Shown here one piece after another: positions 59,644 through 64,000 of a stretch of DNA of 64,000 nt. Source of the DNA: Patescibacteria group bacterium (GTDB taxonomy: Bacteria; Patescibacteriota; Patescibacteriia; 2-12-FULL-60-25); NCBI GenBank assembly GCA_038061235.1, contig JBBTZS010000002.1, forward strand, positions 4,672-68,671, written 5' to 3'. The position numbers and the translations under genes were made by a program. The notes under the pieces were generated by a model. It saw nothing but the letters and a program-made list of their open reading frames with translations, was not told the origin of the DNA and did no database searches. Each line of letters begins with the position of its first letter. Within the stretch, counting starts at the first letter, position 1.

Positions 59644-60390
59644 CTTTCTGTTACAAGTCCTTCGACTTGATGCGATCATCTCTGTCGCATTCTGCATGTC
59701 GCCATGCAGATCGGACTATATCTTCTCCGAAATCATTTCGGAGTCTCGGCGTGTAGTCTCTGAGGATTCCAGAAAACGCGATGGAGATTTTCGATTCATA
59801 CTCTGAATGATGTTTGCGATACGGTGAAGACCTTCTGAAATCTTATGCTCGCCTCGATCCATACATCGAAGGATCGAAACGAACTTCTCGAAGTCTTCAC
59901 GTTTTGCGGTGCGCAACGGATATTTCTGAAAGAAAGGAATAATCTTTTCTTGCAGATCCTGTCGCGATCTCACGCAGTATCGAAGCAATGATTCCTTATG
60001 ATTGTCATGACGGCGGTTGATATAGATCTGACCGCACTCAAAGAAATGTTTAATCACTTTGAGAGCTGATCGGCTTTTTTCACCTTGTGTCACGACAAAT
60101 TCCGGAAATACTTGCCACCCAGAACCGGTCGTTATGTTGCGGATCAAGCTGACTGAGAAACACCCTTCTCCGTCAACGAATCCACAAATCCAGTTCGCTG
60201 TTCCTAGTCTTTCCTGCTGATTGTCTGCACTTGAGACTTTTTTACTGGGCATATTCTATGGCCGAATATTACCTTAGTAGCTCAAGATACTCCAGATGTT
60301 CCAGCATTTAGCCAGATTTTCTTCTACATCTCCCGTGGCAACGGAAGTTCGAAGGAGGACTTTCACCTCACTAAGGCAACGAATTATTTC
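59644..60390 (-). mobile_element. Group I intron (747 nt) at E. coli 23S position 1931
   Basis: Exons rejoin to ..CGTCCTAAGGT|AGCGAAATTCC.. 5' exon ends in U. Intron ends in G. Intron nt 14-20 (GCCTTAG) pair with exon CTAAGGT (P1 with U:G at the splice site). Contains a LAGLIDADG ORF. Confidence 0.85.
59716..60252 (-). CDS. LAGLIDADG homing endonuclease (single-motif, 178 aa)
   Basis: NWICGFVDGEGCFSVSL motif. The ORF lies wholly inside the intron, and its sequence is AT-richer than the surrounding rRNA. Confidence 0.88.
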   Translation of the reverse strand: MPSKKVSSADNQQERLGTANWICGFVDGEGCFSVSLIRNITTGSGWQVFPEFVVTQGEKSRSALKVIKHFFECGQIYINRRHDNHKESLLRYCVRSRQDLQEKIIPFFQKYPLRTAKREDFEKFVSILRCMDRGEHKISEGLHRIANIIQSMNRKSPSRFLESSETTRRDSEMISEKI

Positions 60391-61229
60391 ACCTTAGGAC
60401 GATTATAGTTATCGCCGGCGTTCATCAGCGCTTCGGCTCAAGGCTGCCTCCGCCTGAGGCGGAATGACCTCTCCCCTTAACGTTCTGACACTGGCCAGGC
60501 ATCACTTCCTATACGTCACCTTGCGGTTTAGCAGGAAGCTGTGTTTTTGGTAAACAGTCGGAAAGCGTCTTTAGCTGCGGCCGGCTTGCGCCGGCAGGCC
60601 TTATCCCTAAGTTACGGCCGTTGTATTGCCGAGTTCCTAAACATGGGTTCTCTCGTACACCTGAGCACACTTATGCCTACCCACCTGTGTCGGTTTACGG
60701 TACGGTTTCTATAGAGTTAGCCCTAGAAGATTTTCTTGGCACCCCAGTCCCGACCCTCGCTCCGCTTTCGCGAAACTCGCGCTCACCCCGAGGCTTATGA
60801 CCGGCGGATTTGCCTACCGGTCACCCCTGAGTGCCCGAAGATTCATTCCGGGAATCTCGGTCAGTTGAAGGATGCGTCCCTCCATTGGAACTCTACAGAA
60901 GTGCAGGAATATTAACCTGCTGTCCATCGACTACGCCTTTCGGCCTCGCCTTAGGACCGACTAACCCAGGGACGATTCGCGTTGCCCTGGAAACCTTGGG
61001 TTTACGGTGGACAGGATTTTCACCTGTCTTTTTGCTACTTATGCCGACATTCTCTCTTCCGAACGCTCCACGGTGCCTCACGGCTTCCGCTTCGGCGCAG
61101 ATCGGAATGCTCCCTTACCAAAGTATGAATCCTGAGATTCATACCGTCCGCGACTTCGGTATCGTACTTGAGCCCCGGTAAGTTTTCGGCGCCGGACAGC
61201 TTGACCAGTGAGCTGTTACGCTTTCTTTA

Positions 61230-61267
<38 letters not shown>

Positions 61268-62780
61268 AGCCGTCCGACCGCCTTTCACACTTAGTACGAA
61301 TTTTGGGACCTTAGTCTGCGGTCTGGGCTGTTTCCCTCTTGTCCTATGGAGCTTAGCCCCCACGGACTGACTGCTGGGAACACCGAACGGCATTCGGAGT
61401 TTGGTTGGGAGCTGTAAGCTTGCGCCCCAGCTCTCATTCAGTGCTCTACCTCCGTTCGGCTATTAATCAGCGCTAGACCAAAATCTATTTCAGGGAGAAC
61501 CAGCTATTACCCGGCTCGATTGGAATTTCACCCCTAGCCACAACTCATCCCCGAGTGTTGCACGGCTCGTGGGTTCGGACCTCCATCCCGCTTTCGCGGG
61601 ACTTCATCCTGGTCATGGCTAGCTCGCCGGGTTTCGGGTTGTGCATACGCCACAAATTCGCCCTATTCAGGCTCGCTTTCACTACGGCTTCGTCCCCGCA
61701 GGGACTTAACCAAGCGACGTATGGCACACTCGTCGGCTCATTCTTCAATAGGAACGGTGTGACGGACTTGCGCCCGCTCCACCTCCTTGTAAGCGTACGG
61801 TTTCAGATACTATTTCATCGCCCTCCCGGGCTGCTTTTCAACGTTCCATCACTGTACTGGTTCACTATCGGTCAGGAAGAGTATTTAGCCTTGGCACATC
61901 GTCGTGCCTGCTTCCTACGAGGTTTCTCGGGCCTCGTAGTACTTTGGATCTGGACAAAAGGGATGGGTGCCGTTTCGCCTACCGGACTATCACCGTCTTT
62001 GGTTCCGCTTTCCAGCGGTATTCAACTACAGTCCCGTGCCTTTTTGCCTTTCAGAGGAAAGGCGTGTCCGTCCCTACAACCCACAATATGTCGATAGCCT
62101 CTGCTCGCCCCGTTGTCCGCGGTATTACTTGCGTAAGACTCGGTGCAACGGTTAAACATATGTGTTTAGGCTGTTCCCGTTTCGCTCGCCACTACTCAGG
62201 GAATCAAGCAGACTCTGTTGTCACGCCGTGACCATTGCTGATCGCGGGTGACAACAGAATCTGCGTTTCAATTTGTTTCTTTTCCTCTGGCTACTGAGAT
62301 GTTTCACTTCACCAGGTTCCCATCCACGACCTATGTATTCAGTCGTTGGATCATCGTGCTTCACACGATGGGGTTTCCCCATTCGGACATCTCCGGATCA
62401 TAGGTTGCTTGCCACCTCCCCGAAGCTTATCGCAGGCTGCCACGTCCTTCATCGGCTCTTCGCTGCCAAGTCATCCACCGTACGCCCTTACGTGCTTCCG
62501 CCATCCGGAAACCGATCAAAGATCGGACCCGGACGGACAATAAGTGTTCAGATGCGTTGTCATTAATTGACTCGCTTGAAATTGCTTGCCATGCACCGTA
62601 ATGGTGCATGGCGCGTGTGTGTACATGCCTTGCACGTATAACAATTGGATACTGTTATACATTCAAGATCTTCAGTTTTGAAGATTCGATCCGGGTCTAC
62701 CGGCGAATGCCGGTCCGAGCCGGACACGGAACGGATTCGAGTGAGTTCGAACCCGATCTGTGTCCACCTCATGCTCTTGA

Positions 62781-62968
62781 AAAAGAGAGCAAAGAGCAAA
62801 GAGCAGTTGGAAAAGAAAACGGGTCTGGCGTCGGCCAAACCCGTGAACTTTTAGGAGTCCGTGGGTCAGCCAAGTGACGAATGGTTCGTCGGATGAAATG
62901 GATGGCGCATGTTGGATCTCCAGTGGTCCCCTCAGAGCTGCTCTTTGCTCTTTGCTTGCTGCTCTCTG
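62781..62968. repeat. AAGAGCA/TGCTCTT heptamer arms bracketing about 130 nt upstream of the 23S gene
   Basis: AAAAGAGAGCAAAGAGCAAAGAGCAG (62781-62806) and CTGCTCTTTGCTCTTTGCTTGCTGCTCTCTG (62938-62968). Confidence 0.8.
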
Positions 62969-62997
62969 TACAGGGACATGGGTTTTGAAGTGCCGAA

Positions 62998-63026
62998 ACT
63001 TTATAGGAGCCCCGAAACCTTGTCAA
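62998..63026 (-). promoter_or_regulatory. Candidate promoter of the 23S-5S operon
   Basis: Minus strand TTGACA-(15 nt)-TATAAAGT, with either a TATAAA or TAAAGT -10. Only intergenic space lies between it and rlmH. Confidence 0.45.
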
Positions 63027-63054
63027 GCGCCGTCATTCAACGGAAAATCAGGAT

Positions 63055-63585
63055 ATGAAACGCATCCAAATCCGCGCCGTCGGGCGACTCCCCGAGGCCT
63101 GGCAACGCGAAGCCCAAACCGCCCTTCTCGCACGGCTTCAACCGTATGCCAAAACCGAAATCCTCGAGGTTTCCGAGGGGCACGGCGGCTCCCGCAAGCC
63201 GGATGCGACACGCGCTAAACGGGCCGAGGCCGAAGCGCTTCGTAGGGGCACGGCGCGCCGTGCCCCTACGAACGCATTCGTGATTGCGCTTGATGAACAC
63301 GGGAAGGAATATGACTCCCTCGCTTTTGCGAAGCAGATCGAGACGTGGTCCGAGGGTGGCCGACCGCTTGTCTTTCTCATCGGCGGTTCGTGGGGCTTGG
63401 ATGAAGCGCTCGCGAAGGACGCGCACGCAAAACTCTCGCTTGGAAAAATGACATGGCCGCACGCGATCGCGCGCCTGCTGCTTCTCGAACAACTCTTCCG
63501 CGCCGAGACGATTGCTCGTGGCAAGGAGTATCATAAGCGACTCTGTGATATACTCTTTCCATCATTCATTCTTGTCTCAAAATAA
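63055..63585 (+). CDS. rlmH: 23S rRNA (pseudouridine1915-N3)-methyltransferase RlmH
   Basis: 176-aa ORF: MKRIQIRAVGRL.., FLIGGSWGL, TWPHAIARLLLLEQLFRA..YHK are SPOUT/RlmH-typical. Carries an in-frame palindrome insertion. Confidence 0.85.
   Translation: MKRIQIRAVGRLPEAWQREAQTALLARLQPYAKTEILEVSEGHGGSRKPDATRAKRAEAEALRRGTARRAPTNAFVIALDEHGKEYDSLAFAKQIETWSEGGRPLVFLIGGSWGLDEALAKDAHAKLSLGKMTWPHAIARLLLLEQLFRAETIARGKEYHKRLCDILFPSFILVSK
63242..63269. repeat. REP-like palindrome, copy 6 (perfect: GTAGGGGCACGGCGCGCCGTGCCCCTAC), inside rlmH
   Basis: Perfect 28-bp palindrome, translated as RRGTARRAPT. Confidence 0.9.
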
Positions 63586-63599
63586 AACGTACTTTCCGT

Positions 63600-63878
63600 A
63601 TGAAGTCCTCCTCCAAAACTTCCGTGAAAACGCCGAAATCGGTCAAGTCTAACAAAGACTGGCATGGCCCCCACTGGCACAGCGTCGGCTGGATCGCGGC
63701 CGTAGCCCTCGTGCTCTCGGCCTCGACCATGACGCTCTCCGTCTCCGCGGCATCCGCGCCGGCTTCCCGATCGGCCTCGCTCCGCGACATCAACGAAATC
63801 AAAGCCCAGCTCTCACGCTTGGAAATCAAGATTGACCTCCTCCTCCCGACAAACCCGACCGAAGACGCGGCAGACTAA
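63600..63878 (+). CDS. Small membrane-anchored hypothetical protein
   Basis: 92-aa ORF with a Lys/Ser-rich N-terminus, one TM helix and a short coiled segment. Confidence 0.5.
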   Translation: MKSSSKTSVKTPKSVKSNKDWHGPHWHSVGWIAAVALVLSASTMTLSVSAASAPASRSASLRDINEIKAQLSRLEIKIDLLLPTNPTEDAAD

Positions 63879-63924
63879 CTTCGCCGGGTGCGAATTGGTC
63901 GCGCCACATGAACGACGGCAATCT

Positions 63925-63953
63925 AAAAACGACGGCGGTTGCCGTCGTTTTTA
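63925..63953 (+). terminator. Rho-independent terminator
   Basis: AACGACGGC-GGTT-GCCGTCGTT followed by TTT. Confidence 0.75.
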
Positions 63954-64000
63954 CGTGGTGTCTGTAATTATACACTTTGCGCGAACCTACTTTGAACGGA

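Overview
Working from the sequence and ORF track alone (no searches run), this looks like a GC-rich (roughly 55-60% by eye), tightly packed bacterial chromosome segment. Its gene content resembles a streamlined CPR/Patescibacteria-type genome, but that placement is inference. Backbone genes: recQ; a minus-strand type IV pilus operon (pilB, pilC, major pilin, several pseudopilins, and a frameshifted pilus-associated beta-propeller gene); XerC/D; MazG; an SPFH protein; a polysaccharide cluster (priming sugar transferase, two glycosyltransferases, a flippase, an LbH protein); tsaE-tsaD; peroxiredoxin; a cupredoxin lipoprotein; cdd; a CaCA antiporter; a P2-type ATPase; trmD; a KH protein; rpsP; a short SMC-like ATPase; rbfA; a DHH phosphoesterase; clpP; a SpoIID-domain protein; an AbrB/Doc toxin-antitoxin pair; rlmH. 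RNA genes: tRNA-His, two tRNA-Arg(TCT), tRNA-Glu, one tRNA with a non-canonical anticodon loop, one tRNA-Arg-like gene split by a 144-nt insert that contains a whole tRNA, and a minus-strand 23S-5S operon with no 16S upstream. The 23S carries a group I intron at E. coli position 1931 encoding a LAGLIDADG endonuclease. Mobile or accessory DNA: (1) a 3.6-kb decayed island inserted into the last 21 nt of the 5S rRNA gene, flanked by 22-bp direct repeats, with a truncated tyrosine integrase, an IS3 remnant and a 2-gene cargo of unknown function; (2) a 4.6-kb lower-GC island with a large serine recombinase abutting tRNA-Glu; (3) a low-GC islet after tRNA-His. The most unusual signal is pervasive small-repeat invasion, including inside conserved coding sequences. 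It has three parts: a 28-bp REP-like GTAG...CTAC palindrome (6 copies, 3 of them in-frame in trmD, tsaD and rlmH), G-run hairpin elements in-frame in tsaD and a glycosyltransferase, and many locus-specific tandem heptanucleotide arrays, some translated inside the smc-like gene, tsaE and glycosyltransferase genes. RNA ends and repeat edges are hand-derived and may be off by a few nt. Product calls come from recalled family motifs.
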